A DNA stretch of 64,000 nucleotides from Mytilus trossulus (GCF_036588685.1 NC_086380.1:6882001-6946000), one strand, 5' to 3'; shown: positions 1 to 13,192, numbered from the stretch's first letter. Numbers and translations: made by a program. Notes: a model not told the origin generated them from the letters alone.

Positions 1-45
1 TTCACTGGTCTCAATGTAAGAATCTATTATTACTTTAATACTTAC

Positions 46-205
46 TAGCCATGTATCTTTCCAAGTATTGTCTTGTTTTAAAAAGCCACAACATGTATCT
101 GTATAAAATCCAAATTCATCAACATATTTATAGTAATGACTACGACCAACAAATTTCACCCCATTTTTTGCTTTTTCTGCCAATTCTGCATTCAGTAAAT
201 GTAAC
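46..205 (-). CDS. FN3KRP: Ketosamine-3-kinase, coding exon 4 (gene continues beyond the window's left edge)
   Basis: LHLLNAELAEK...YVDEFGFYTDTCCGFLKQDNTWKDTWL|gtaagt. FGF..TCCG..Q.N.W...W is diagnostic, and the phase matches exon 3. Confidence 0.9.
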
Positions 206-1025
206 CTTCAAATAAAACATTATTCATGTACAACAAAATCACTTTTTTATATTCATAATACATTGTACTACAATCATGACAATCATTATCACAATCTGTG
301 AAAAAAAGAAAGCATTATGTGTATATTTAAAAGAAGATCATAATTGGTTCTGCAGTACCATGTGACTAGCATGTGACCAATGCTGTATAAAAATGTTAAC
401 TGCAAAAATTCAAGTCCATTTATAAGTAAAATAGCCCTCGTTTAGTTAGTGTTATTCATTTAGGTGTTTCATGGTTTTGTTCACACTGCAGCATGTGTTT
501 TGTAATGCACTTATTTGCAACCTCCCCTCTTGGGGTGCAGTATTTTTTAATGCTGTGTTGAAGAACAATTGGTAGCCTTTGGTTGGTTTCTTCTCTTCTT
601 AAGGTTGTTGTTTCATTGACGCATCACCCTTTTTCATTCTCAATATTATTTCGATATGCTATTTTCCATGTCTTTTTTGTTGTTATTTGTTTTGATATGC
701 ATGTCCCTGTGATAGTTGTCTTATTAAGATATTCTAGCTAATCTGACATTTTTTATGACCATAATTTCAATAATTAAATTGTTATCTTAATTTCCAGAAT
801 CATGTGAATCTCACTGTAACATTTCTGTTCCATTGCCAAAAGATGGAGAATTTTGCAACCTTCTCCATTTATAACCTGGGAGATCACATAGATCCGGCAT
901 GGCTTAATAAAAAATGTATGGAAAAGAGCACTGCAATTTCAAACCCTCTCTGTGTTTAGAGGTGTACAAATCTGGAATGTAAAACCAACTCTGATTGGTG
1001 GTATAACAAAATATACATTTCTTAC

Positions 1026-1126
1026 TTGGCTAATTGTTCTCCCAGTTTAGCTGAATATTTTGACATTCCATGAATGTCCAGACATTCCATAAGAAATGCA
1101 GCTCCACCACTGGGTAAATCAAGCAC
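1026..1126 (-). CDS. FN3KRP: Ketosamine-3-kinase, coding exon 3
   Basis: gcag|VLDLPSGGAAFLMECLDIHGMSKYSAKLGEQLA(K)|gtaag, 101 nt, phase 2. Confidence 0.9.
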
Positions 1127-1448
1127 CTGCAATTGTTTTATGTCTTTTTGATATAATATCCATAAATGTTTGTCATGTTTGTAGATGGGACAAATAAAGA
1201 ATTTATGCATTATTATTTTTCCCCCCTCTATAAACGCAATTTCAAAATTATGGAAATGTTTAAAAGGAAGCTTGAATTTTTGAATGACACAGAAAGATGA
1301 AAACTTTCAATAAAAGGAGTTACTGCATGTATGATATTATAAGTCAGACACAGTGATTTACAGGACATCAATTTAAGGTCATTGAGACACTTACTAAACT
1401 CATACCCTGTTAAATCAAACATATATCTATCAATAAACATTTATTTAC

Positions 1449-1532
1449 TTTGATTGGCTTTGGCACTCTCACTACATCCATTGCATGGAGAACATCTAAA
1501 CTAATAAACTCTCCATCAAACATGGCTCTTGC
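1449..1532 (-). CDS. FN3KRP: Ketosamine-3-kinase, coding exon 2
   Basis: tcttgtag|ARAMFDGEFISLDVLHAMDVVRVPKPIK|gtaaa, 84 nt, matches the family motif MFxGE...VxVPxP. Not in the ORF track. Confidence 0.9.
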
Positions 1533-1971
1533 CTACAAGATAAACAGTCAAATTAGGGAGCATGAGAAATAGATTCTCCAACTATTTGTATATTTCTTTT
1601 ACATTGAAATAAGTTTGAATTTTTTTTTTGGTCTTAAAAAGATTTTTTCATTTTGGATTTAAGAGGAAAAAAAATTATGCTTACATTTGTATATTCAAAG
1701 TTTTTAGTAACAAAATTTAGTTCATAAATTCCATAACTGGTGGTTCAATAACTAAAAAGTTATCTCGCTTAGCAGAAAGAGTAGATGAGGTTATCAAAAT
1801 TATATTTTGTGATCTAAATGTGCGTTTGAATTCCTGTCAATACAATTCATTGGTGGTTGGTTGGAAAACTGTACACAACATTTGTATCAAATAGACATGT
1901 GATAGACTGTGGTTAAAAAAGATTGATTTTTTTTACCATAATAATGCACAGGATCTGTATCACATAATAAT

Positions 1972-2209
1972 GGGGGTCTCATTGGGGAGGTTCTCAACCC
2001 AGATCCCACTTACAAATTAATGTACTGTTTTGTCAGATTGTTTTATCCCACTTATACTATGAGCGTAAGCAATTCTCATTTTTTGGTTATTTCCCATGTC
2101 CCACTAAACTTCATTTCTCGTTTTCAAGGCACTATAATTTGACTCTCACGTTTCACACTTACAAAATTTTGGCAATCCCGCGTCACGCTTAAACCCCAAT
2201 GAGACCCAC
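1972..2209. mobile_element. MITE in an FN3KRP intron with 6-bp TSD
   Basis: GGGGGTCTCATTGGGG...CCCCAATGAGACCCAC; AATAAT at 1966-71 and 2210-15. Confidence 0.7.
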
Positions 2210-2256
2210 AATAATGATAATAATAACTAGTAAATCAAAAATTTCAATTTAGTTAC

Positions 2257-2412
2257 CTCTGATTTTTTGTTTATTTTAACAAATATCTTGTCCCCATCAT
2301 CTGTTGTTATGGTAACTGCCTCATTGATACATCCACCACCATGACTGCCCTGGATATTTACTTTTGTTTGTAGTTCTTGCTCTATAACCTCCTTAAGTTC
2401 TTTGTCAGACAT
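2257..2412 (-). CDS. FN3KRP: Ketosamine-3-kinase / fructosamine-3-kinase family, coding exon 1
   Basis: MSDKELKEVIEQELQ...GSHGGGCINEA...IFVKINKKSE contains the GGGCI and FVK-N motifs of FN3K/FN3KRP. 156 nt, ends at GAG|gtaact (phase 0). An acceptor just upstream (~2426) implies an unlocated 5'UTR exon. Confidence 0.9.
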
Positions 2413-3867
2413 AACAGTTCAGATCTGTAAAAAGACAATATCATTTTTAATTTACAGTCAATGACAGTTCAATTCATAAAATTATCCTGTTAGCTAGACC
2501 AAGGCTTCCAAAATGGTCATATATTCAGAACAATTGTATAAAGTCTTGTAAAATTCCGGCTGGGCAAAGCATGAAACTATCTATTTTTTGACATGAGACA
2601 GTCATTTTAAAATAAATCATGATGATGATTTAATTACTATCAAATCAACCCCAGGCCTACTTCAATACTTTCTAATTTTAATCAATATTGATCAAGGCTA
2701 ATAAGTAGTTAGAAACCTGAAATCTACCTGTTTAGTAGTCCAAATATTTATGGTTTTACATAATTATTTGAAATGGCTGTTCAGGTGACAGGTAAACTAT
2801 TTTTAGTACCAGACATCACAGGTGGGAAATTTAATCATGCATCCTACATTTCTCCAAATAATAAAATTAATTATCATTGATCATGTTGATACCTGTATTT
2901 TCAAAGTAGACAGCGGATTTCCTTCAAGTAGACGGCGAAAATCGCCGCCTTCCGCCTTCTATTGAAAGCCCTGCATTTTATCCATAGGGTCCACATGAAC
3001 CTTAAAAGTTAATTATTAATTACATTTTAAATAAGAACAAAGGTTTCAGAAAGAAAGCTTCTGGCATCGAAAACAGAGAAGACTGTCTAACTTATTTACT
3101 GTGAGACAGCTCTTCTCTTAGCAGACAGTCAATCAGCCTGTGGTAACTTTTTGTGAAAACAATTTATCTAAAATAAAAAAAACTTTAAACTTGACAGTTT
3201 GTCAGACGTCATAATTATTTGGACTAGGTGTGTTTTAGTATTTTATACTTCTTAATCTGTTTATTGATTTTAGTTTTATGTAAAGCACAAGTGACATATT
3301 ATTCTGGGAAACTGTAAGTAACCTACAATGACAATGTATGTTGTTGTTGCCTGTTGGGCCTAATCTGAAAACAGCTGTTTGATCAAATCATCAATGATAA
3401 ATCGAAAGAGTACCGAAAGCCAAAATAGCGGGAAATATGTAATTTTAAAACAGTATCGGATATTCTTTCCGGAAAAAACGGACATTCGACTAAGTTAAAT
3501 TGGCAATTAAATCGTACAAACTGAAGCGGAGTAGGAGGTTGGTAGGGAGAGGCGTTATGCACATATTAAAGATGAGTGATTTAGGTTTGGACAACTGAAA
3601 ATGTCAAATTTAATATTTCGACACGAAAATTAACGGCATGTTTGTCAGGCATTTAAAGTGTAGCTGGTTGAACCGCTCTCACAATCACATGCATTTCTAT
3701 TCATAAATGACTACCTAGAATGTATTTTTATCGTATAAATACAAAAAAGTCATGAGTATAAACGATATTTTTGTAAGTTTAATTTTAATTGAGTATTGTT
3801 AGTATCATATATAAAATAAAGAAATTAGAATAAAACAACACATCTTCGCTAGCCAAGGGTTGAGAGG

Positions 3868-4045
3868 CAGAGGTGGATTTAAGGGGGGGGGGGGGGGGGG
3901 GGGGGGCAGGGGCCCGGCCCTCCCTTTTTTGGAAAAAAATTGGTTACTTATATAGGTAATCACTGAATCGTGACTGGAGCGGGCCACCTCTTAGGTCAGT
4001 CAGTGCATGGGCCCCCACTTATGAAAATTTCTGAATCCGCCACTT
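3868..4045. mobile_element. GC-rich MITE (CAGWGGCGGAT termini) with 5-bp TSD
   Basis: TSD AGAGG on both sides and an internal poly-G; homologous copy at 59217-59374. Confidence 0.8.
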
Positions 4046-4894
4046 AGAGGAGGGAAGTAGAACGTAGAACTGAAAACAACATTGCTTGGCTCTGAATGAA
4101 ATTCTCGTTCCTGTAAATACAAATAATATAGGCCTATTCATATGTGGGTTGTCTTAACTTGAACTTGACAAAAAGTTTGTCTTAAGAAAAACTACACCAC
4201 CTTTAATTAAGCCATACAATAAGAATAATCGATGTTGGGGCATTTGTCATTAGCGCCAATTTTAGAAATATCTTCTTTTTTCATTTAAACAGAATTTGCA
4301 AAGCTTTCATTTGCGCTTATCGGTCAGTCTTTCGTTTGATATATCGTGGTATCATTCGGTTTTAAAAACCTTAAAATAGTTATCTGTATGGATTTATGAG
4401 TATTTTATGAAAAAATTAGTACTTTTAAAACTGTAAATACATTCTTAAAGGGGCACTAGCTACGTCGGAGATATATTAAAAATAGTTTTTAATATATCGC
4501 TTTTAGCAGCCAGTATAGTTCAATTTTGTCAAAATAAACTAAGAAATATTGATGATGAAATATTCACTTGCAAGTGAATACTTCGACCTCATAGAATCTG
4601 TATTCATGCGAACTTCATTTTAACCCCTTGGCTAGATATGGATATAGCATGCATTGTGCGTGTTCAACTTATCCAAAGGAAAATAATGTCAATACTGAAA
4701 GGATCTGAAAGTGAAACAAAGGTAAATCATTTGATTGTCTGATTCCATCCAAAAAAAATCATTCTTATACAGGTAAAAACGATGATTAACATAATTATAT
4801 TTTTAATCTTTAATATTAAATTAAACAGACCTAGAAAAATCCAAATGCACGAGTCTGCTATCTATTTATATCTTTCTTTATGTTTTGGGGGACT

Positions 4895-5100
4895 TGGTGG
4901 CCGAGTTATCTAATTACCGTATAGTCAACACCAGGTCGAGTTCCGCTATTGCGGTTGCACTCGACTCCAATCATAATTGACTAGGAGTGTCAGTTTTCCT
5001 ATCGAAGGTCTGTGGTTTTCTCCGGCTTTCTCCACTAATAAAAACTGGCCGCAACGAAATAGTCTAAATGCAGTGCTTAAAATGGTGTTAAAACTTTAAA
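4895..5100 (+). mobile_element. tRNA-headed SINE with a Meta-domain-like core (another copy on the minus strand at ~18603-18745)
   Basis: GGTGGCCGAG head; GGTCTGTGGTTTTCTCCGGCTTTCTCCACTAATAAAAACTGGCCGC core; GGTGTTAAAAC tail. Confidence 0.55.
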
Positions 5101-5339
5101 AAAAATATTAAAATTATCTATGTTTAGATGATCGCTTATATATGGCAATTGGAGGTCTTCGGGTCAACTCGACATTAAATTATATGACGTTTAGACTAAC
5201 ATGTACCTTTGTGGTTATGTCAGTTAATTTCAATGTTGTGATACGATTTGAAAGTAGAAAATGTAGTACATGTATATATATATGTGAATATTCATGAAGC
5301 CAATCCATCTTAATTGTACACAACATTTATCATTTTACT

Positions 5340-5735
5340 GTGTTGGTGGTCTCGTGGTAGCGCGTTCGCATCGAGTGCAGAAAGCGGTGGGTATAAACCT
5401 TGAGCTCAAACCTAGTAAGATTTTAATCGATATTTTCTACCTTTTCCCTGGGCACTCGACATTAAGGAATAGGATCAAAGACAGGTCGGCTACGTGTCAG
5501 AATAATGCTATCGCGCAATGCGGCGTGTCTTCCAGCAGCAGACTCTTTGCCATGTGAAAAAGCACTTTAAAAAATCAGACTCAGCGTGTCGGTCAAATAC
5601 CTAGCAAAAAAAATCAGACTTAGCGTGTCGGTCAAATACCTAACAAGATTGATATTCATATTACTTATAAACATGTTATCGTCCTGATTATGCATTTAAT
5701 TCTGCGCTGGACGTTTAACAGCAATCAATCATCAA
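5340..5735 (+). mobile_element. Decayed tRNA-headed SINE with an internal ~39-bp tandem duplication
   Basis: GGTGGTCTCGTGGTAGCGCGTTCGC head; AAAAATCAGACT(C/T)AGCGTGTCGGTCAAATACCTA occurs twice (5570-5642); caatcaatc tail. Confidence 0.5.
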
Positions 5736-6841
5736 CACCATTTGTCATTTTGTTAATATGAAATAAAACAACGGTATAATGCATAAAATTGTTTACAACA
5801 TGAATTTTAATACATCATGAGGTAAGATTTATATCAAAAACTTTATAAATGATTTAAAACTAGAAAATTAAAACAAAAGATCGAACCAAATTTATATTGG
5901 CTAACCTTATTTTAATGAATGTTTCCATTATATTATTCGTAAGAGTAACAGTTACTTTGCTTTTAGGGTAAAACACAAATTTGTATTATTTGCTAGTGTA
6001 TTATTATATATATTCGGTCCGGTCGTTTGTTTTGATTTTCTATCGTAAACTGGGGATTTTGAAGTCGAAAATTGAGAATATACAGCATATGGCAGTATAA
6101 ATAAGTTTATCGTTACGCGGAACAGCCGTTTTTGTGTATTACTGCGTTTGCGCTAAAGGTAGATATATTGTGATTATACTGGTTGCATGACGATATTAGG
6201 TCGTCATATTAGAATTTGGAACTATGAGTTTACTAATTAGTTTATTTCAACTCTTTTGATATTCGCCACCTGTTAAAATTTTCACAGCTTATAAGAACGG
6301 TACAGAACTTAATGGACATCTCTGTGGAATGCCCGCAAACATATTTAGCGGGCTAGAATTTCACCAGTTATAAGTGACACTGTTCTATTCAACCATAAAC
6401 TGTTTTATATATAATGTTAAAAGGATTCAGAGTTTGCCATTTGATTAGGGACTTATTATTTTGAACTTTCCTAGGAGTTAATGTTTTTGTTATGTTACTT
6501 TTTACACGTTAAGTTCCTCTCATTCAATAGAAAAAAATACTTTTGTGAATTTTACATATGATATATATATATAATTATATGCCTACTTCAAAATATTGCT
6601 GCAAAACAAATTATATCATATTTTTGTGAAACTAATTATGTAGCTATTCATAATACATTTATTTTGGTCGTTATGTTAAAAAAAATTCTCAAAAAAAAAG
6701 AAATGTTGTGCAATTTTCTTGGAAACTGTTTAATTAGTTTTCATAATATAATTTTATCATGTTTTGTTACTATAAATAAGAACAACAATATATCTATGTA
6801 AAAAGGATGCATATAACAGATGGAGTTTTTGGAATAACATC

Positions 6842-6846
6842 ATGAG
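6842..6846 (+). CDS. Copper amine oxidase copy 1, start segment (ATGAG); near-duplicate alternative at 5817-5821
   Basis: catcATGAG|gtaaaa. ATG AG plus the A of the next exon gives Met-Arg in frame. The paralog has the same ATGAG|gtaag at 21223. Confidence 0.6.
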
Positions 6847-8028
6847 GTAAAACTTTTAAAAGTCGTAAAATATTTCAAACTAGAAAACTATACAAAATTC
6901 TATCAGGTGTCCGTTCATTTTTAAAAGATGTTGACAATGTTCAACTTTTTCTATCAAAATGATTTTTTGGCAGTACTTCGAACATAAACGCAGATGTCAC
7001 GGTAAAGCGTGCGTATTTACTGAGTTACAATAGAGGAAACATATACCAAAGGGTAATTCAAACAAAAAGTAGAAAAATAAACGGACGACACCATTGCAAA
7101 AACAAATGCAGAAAAAAATCAAAAAGACAATCAAAAGTATACAGAACACAACATAGAAAACTAAAGACTTAACAACAGGAACCGACGGTGAACGCATGTG
7201 CTCCTTATTTTAACTGATTAAAGTTTAGCCATATGTTTTTAAAAATGCAAAAGTTTAATGCATGTGGCCGCAATTGTACCGTTATTGCTCAATTGAGACA
7301 ATTTGATTTCTTTAAAGTCGTATCAAATCAGTTCAATGCTATCTCTTGGGTTTCAATAATTTAACCTTGTCATCTTAAAGCTTTGAAAAACAAGGATTTT
7401 GTAAGATTTAAAAAAGTGTCTTTTTGTACTACATTTTATAATGTAGTAATAAAATTATGAAAAGTAGGGGTTAGTGGGAAATTTTTTGATAGCACTTCAT
7501 GGATAAAACCAGAGGATTCCGAATAACTGACAAAAAGTAAAAAATCAAGATTCGCGAACATCATTAACGCATCAATAACAAAAAAACCAAAAAAAAACCA
7601 AATAATACTGGACCTAAAATGATAACTGTTGCGTGCTTTACCATTATCAAATCAATTCGGACAGCGAAAACGGGAAAGCATACTATAGGCGAAATCTGAT
7701 TGGCGGGATAGTAACACGTTTCATAGGTTATTTATTTCTTTAATCAAAAATAATATATTTTGAATTGGTTCTTGTACGAATAGTACTTTTTCCAAACTAT
7801 ACCAGTTTTAAAACAAAAGGTTTTTTTATTCTATAACATCTATAATTTTGAATTTTAAAATCTGCAATCTAACCTTTTTGTCCACTGTGACTGAACACTA
7901 TTAGTTTCAACAAACATTATTATACACCGCTTTTTAGCTTTCTGACTTATTTATTGCTAACATGGAGATATAAATCAGAACAGTTATAAATTAACTGTTA
8001 AGGTCAATGTTTTAACTGTATATTGCAG

Positions 8029-8143
8029 ACAAATTAATGGTATTGGTGTTTGGTCAATTATAGTACTGTTTTGCTTTCTGAGTGAGAATTCTGATGCTAA
8101 ACGAAGACGAAAAACTGTGTACAGTCGTACAGTGCAAACCAAC
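8029..8143 (+). CDS. Copper amine oxidase copy 1, signal-peptide exon
   Basis: tattgcag|(R)QINGIGVWSIIVLFCFLSENSDAKRRRKTVYSRTVQTN|gtaagt. Hydrophobic core and an S-D-A cleavage site; homologous exon at 22851. Confidence 0.8.
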
Positions 8144-9501
8144 GTAAGTATTTTCCATTCAAATTAATAGAAGTAAACCATACCCTCAAAACATGACGAT
8201 TGAGTCTATTTAAACAAACGCGAAGTTATACTGATTTCCTATTATATTCAATCTAACTAAAATAAGTATCTCTGATTTCTTTATGCTTATTCGACGGAGC
8301 ACGCGAGTCCACATACAAATCTGAATTTTAATTTTTGATTGTATTTGATTATTAAACAGGACAATAATTTGTGAAGTACAGTGAAGGTACTTTTAATATG
8401 CAGAAATGTAGTTCATGCATAAAAGAGACATTAATAACAATACCAAGATATCTTGATGTCAAAAATTTAAATTGCTGGCAGTTTCAGTTAAGGTAGCACA
8501 ATACAAAGATTTTATAACTCCAACAACCAAGTTTTAAAATGCTGTTACTTTCTTAATAATGCTTGAAATTTTATAGAAGTGGTAGTTTTGGATAGCTAAC
8601 AGATCACTCTTTCAAATCAATGCAATGTTAGCATTATGCAACAATTATGACACCAATTATAATGTTAATGGTGTCTAAAATATTTTTCACCAAATTCCCA
8701 TTTTCAAATGAAATTAGCTTCTGCATAGGTATCCCTAGAGGGTTGATTTTATTATATGTTGTTCCTATGGCCATTATCTACAAAAGGGTGTCTCAGATTT
8801 CAGATAGAATGTATAGAACAAATTTTACACCTAATTAAACATTATCTTCTTTTATGTGGTTAGGATGTTTCACTAATTGGAGATTTATGAGAGAATAGAA
8901 TACCATAGAGACAATCTGAGACACCCTTTTGAAGCCCATGATGTGTTGATTAAGATTTCGTTAAAATTTTCTGTATAGTTAAAGAGATGAAAGAGCTAAA
9001 TTCATTCAAGTGACCTTACCCAGATTTTGCCACTAATTACATAATAATTGATTACATAATGATTGCATAATAAAAATATTACATTCATTTAAAAGATTAA
9101 TCTTTTATCTATCTATATGTACCTCTTTTATTATTTTCTATGCATTCATAAGAAAGTTACAGCATTTCAAATGTTAGTGATTGGAAGTAAAAAAATCTTT
9201 GTATTGTGCTACCTTAAATGTCCTGGTGGGGTGAATATAAATTTGAACACAAGTTACTGAAACTTGTTTGTTGCTCAAAGCCGTCTGTTGACCTCTGCAT
9301 GTCTTTGTTTTTTGTGTCGTGTGAGAGCTATTTCATTGACGTATAATCCAAATCTCTTTTCATCCATGTCATCTTATAAAAATCAATTGTTAAAGTTTTG
9401 GAGCAAATACTTGTTTTGTATATTTCAACTGCATGATTCACCATTGACTGCTTCTATCTCGACCATAAATGATTAATAATACATATATATGTATCTTCTA
9501 G

Positions 9502-9562
9502 GCTGTGACGACGAATGGAGACAATTGTTCAAACATAGTGGCTACATCTATGTTTATAAATA
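9502..9562 (+). CDS. Copper amine oxidase copy 1, exon 3
   Basis: cttctag|AVTTNGDNCSNIVATSMFIN(T)|gtaagt, phase 0 to 1, links exon 2 to exon 4 in frame; homologous exon at 23426. Confidence 0.75.
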
Positions 9563-9897
9563 GTAAGTATAGCCGATCTTACATAATCATGCATATGTGT
9601 TATAGAACTATACGTAACATCATCAGGATTTATTTCATAGAGATTATTTACTCCTGTTGTTTGTTATATGTATGCATATGATGGTATGTATGTTTCATAT
9701 GAGCCAACGTAACGCCTGTAGTTTGTAAGTAATTATATGTATAGATTCTAAAACTATAATTATAACTGTGCAACACGATCACACATTGTCATGGTCTTTC
9801 TAGGAACTGACCACATAGTTTCGAGTTATTATATTCAGTGTTCGTGAATCTTAACAATAGAAGAAATAAGGTCACAATGATATATGAAACGTTCAGT

Positions 9898-10244
9898 TTA
9901 AACATATTTATTTATAGTGGATTGGGAAACAAGTTTTGCAACTTATATTAATCCCTTTCCACTTGACGGGTGCGAGTGCTGCCTTGTAGCGGCATTAGCC
10001 TTCTCTTTTTCGAAATCTACAAGGCTGTCTTTAACGTGCAAGAGACATGACTCTCTCTTAATACGGGTCAGTCATTTATCGTCCCGTTCCGACGGACTAT
10101 CATCGTTTCCTCAAGACAATAATCGACAATGGTGTCAAGGGAGAGCCGAAAATCAGTCCCTGAAATTTTCATCCCGGAACGGGAATCGAACCAGGAACCT
10201 TTGTGTTAGTAGTCCGATGTACTAACCACTACACCATGGCTCTC
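9898..10244 (-). mobile_element. tRNA-derived SINE in an AOC copy 1 intron (decayed 3' fragment at ~17845-17953)
   Basis: Minus strand: A box TGGTGTAGTGG, B box GGTTCGATTCC, a ~250-nt body and an AT-rich tail. Confidence 0.75.
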
Positions 10245-10593
10245 TTTAATATGAAATATGAAAACGTTGTAATAATTTACAAAAACCAATTCAACATTTA
10301 GGTTTATTGAAAATCCAATTTATTATTGCTTTTTCGATTCTACAAAGTTAAAAGAATTTCGATTTCGAATCACTATCGTCTTTACATTATTTTGACTGCT
10401 GTATTTTGCATTTCGTAGTCAACCTTGATAAACTCCTCGGAAGCAAAACTTGATACAGAAACTTTGCTATTCTGTTTGTAAAATGTCGTTCTTGCCCTTT
10501 TGAAAAATTATAACATTAACAACAACTTTGATTGGGTTACATGGTTTGTTTAGAATTCGTTCCTGAAGTTTTACTTAAGTACTATTTTTTCAG

Positions 10594-12530
10594 CAAATAA
10601 ATCTATTGGAATATGTGGAAGAAATAGTGAGAACCCTTATGGTAGAATTAACACGAATGAACCGAGGTATCCATCAGTATTTAGTGACCTTACAAGGAAA
10701 GAAATGAGAGGGTTACTTGACTATTTGTATTCAAGTAAAGAATTAAATCTCACCAGATTTAGAAATGCGACTATACGGAGTAACTATCTTTACCTAGCAG
10801 AAATGTTTATGCCATCTAAAGCAGCCGTGTTGAACTATATAGATGATGGTAATAGTAAACCACCACGAGAGGCTCATGTTGTCTTAATAAGAGGTGGAGA
10901 TCCTAAACCAAATGTTCTTGAAATAGTTGTTGGACCACTTCCAGTTCCTAACGGGCACCGACTGTTTCCATATCGACGACAACCAATTCCATTTTTCCAA
11001 AGACCTTTTACATCAATTGATAGCATTTCTCAAAATCTGAAAGAACACATAGACAAAGAATTTGGAAGACCACTTTATGAATTATACGGAGGTAACCTGA
11101 TCAACTGTGGGAACAAATGTTTAGATGTGGGTCTTTTTGCCGAAGTTCCGATATCAAAGGATGATGAAAAAAGCTTTGCCTGGTACAGTTTTAATCAAAA
11201 CTCTGAACATAAACTTTTGAGACCAGTTGATTTTTCGGTATATGTAGAAATCAATTTTCAAATTATCAAAATCTTAAAAATTTGGTTTAATGGAAGACTT
11301 TTTCAAAATTGGAAGCAAGTGAGAGATTATTACATACGAAATAAACGAAAAATTAAGACAATACGTTTTCCTGAAGAATCTGATAATATTTCATTAAGTA
11401 TGCGAAGAAGGGGACAACCACCGTTCTCTAAACCATTACGAAACCCGTCACAGATTTCACCAGATGGAAAACGATACAACATCCAGGGGAGACAAGTGAA
11501 ATACATGTTTTGGAAATTTGATATAAGTATGTCAATATTTACTGGACCACGTCTTTTTGATATAAGTTTCAAAGGTCAACGTATAGCATATGAAATCAGT
11601 ATACAAGAATTAACATCGTTTTATTCTGGATATAAACCAATGGAACACTACTTTAATTTCTTTGATGTTAGATTATTGCTAGGCTTGCAATCAAAGTATT
11701 TAGAACCTGGCGTAGACTGTCCCATTGATGCAACATACATCGGTTCATACTTTGTAGACAGAGGGTCAGACGTTCCAATTTATAATGCACGTTCATTTTG
11801 TGTATTCGAACTGAACACTGGAATGCCGCTGAGACGTCACCACTCGGAGTCCTCTCACAGATTTTATGAAGGAATGGTTAGCGTCGTTTTAACTGTCAGA
11901 ACCATTATAACTGCTGGTAACTATGACTACATTATAGATTATATATTTTACCAGACTGGTGGAATAGAAGTGAAGGTCAGTGCGTCGGGCGTTATAATAG
12001 CAACATATCATGACCGACAAAATCCGTACAGTTTTGAAATCAGTGAAAATTTAATGGGTCTGATTCATCAACATTTATATCACTTTAAAGTTGACATGGA
12101 TATAAAAGGAAGGAATAACATATTTGAAACTCTTGATATTGAAAATGATGTCGTTGCTAGTAATGAAAAACCAAATTCAAAAATTCATCAAATTAAATTT
12201 GCAAGAAAATTGAAGGCTACTGAAAAGCAGGCAGCATATAAACACAACTTTCAGCAACCCAAACTTCTAGTGATATCAAATAATAATATAAAAGATAGAT
12301 TCGGCAACACACCCGGATATCGGATATTGAATACAGGATTGACACATAATATACGACCACCAGGAACAGGAAACGAACCAGGAATCAGTTGGTCAAACTA
12401 TCAAGTTGCTGTTACCAAACGAAAAGAAAGCGAACCGGTAAGCAGTTCTATCTACCAGCACACCAATCCAGAACAACCTATAGTAAGGTTTCAGGATTTC
12501 ATAGACGACGATGAAAACATTGTTGATAAG
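10594..12530 (+). CDS. Copper-containing (TPQ) amine oxidase copy 1, large catalytic exon (AOC1/AOC3-like)
   Basis: Contains the TPQ motif TAGNYDY, Cu ligands HQH (IHQHLYHFKVDMD), the catalytic Asp (FFD), GPRLFDI-F-GQRIAYEIS, GVDCP..A and LRRH. Bounded by ttttcag| and GATAAG|gtaaaa. Confidence 0.95.
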
Positions 12531-12883
12531 GTAAAACACGTAAAAGTTATTTAAAAGTAAAATCACAAAAATACTGCACTTAGAGGAAAATCAATTCGGA
12601 AAGTCCATAATCACATGTCAAATTCAAATAACATAACGCATAAAAAACGAATGGACAAGAACTGTCATATTCCTGACTTGGTACATGCATTTTCAAATGT
12701 ATAAAATGGTGGATAAAACCTGGTTTTATAGCGCTAACCCTCTCACTTTGTTGACAGTCTCATCAAATTTCGTTATAGTTACAATGATGCGTGAACTAAA
12801 CAGACATGATAAATAAAATAGTCGATTGCATACTTAGGCTATAGATGGCTGTAATTATGACTATATATAACCTTATTTCACAG

Positions 12884-13192
12884 GACATCGTGGCATGGAT
12901 TACAATGGGGTTTTACCATATTCCTACGAAAGAAGACCTACCAATGACGCATACTCCTGGAACAGTACAAAGTTTTTTCTTGTTGCCATTTAATTATTTT
13001 GATGAAAATCCAGCAATGTCATCTCGTAATGCAATTAGAATTGACCCTATAGATGTTAAAGGTAAAACAAAGTCAGTGAAGGTTGAACGCTATGGAGTAC
13101 GAAAAGAAAACGCGTGTTCATGTATACCTCCAAAGAATTACAACGACAAGGTGATTATGGACGATCCATGTCTTGTAGTGCAGTGTTTGTAG
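12884..13192 (+). CDS. Copper amine oxidase copy 1, last exon
   Basis: cacag|DIVAWITMGFYHIPTKEDLPMTHTPG...FFLLPFNYFDENPAM...CLVVQCL*. Carries the third Cu His (YHIP); AATAAA follows the stop. Confidence 0.93.
   Translation, partial: DIVAWITMGFYHIPTKEDLPMTHTPGTVQSFFLLPFNYFDENPAMSSRNAIRIDPIDVKGKTKSVKVERYGVRKENACSCIPPKNYNDKVIMDDPCLVVQCL

Noticed and set aside
3805-3987. Poly-proline ORF
   Set aside because: It is a translation of a MITE's poly-G tract.
10170-10244. tRNA gene
   Set aside because: A and B boxes are present but there is no matching acceptor stem, and the sequence continues into a SINE body that has a second copy at ~17850.
12531-12554. ORF-track C-termini of the large AOC ORFs (VKHVKVI*, and VKRYLFF...* at 27272-27316) and their annotated starts
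   Set aside because: These are read-through into introns. Both copies have AAG|GT donors and a downstream exon with the third Cu ligand.
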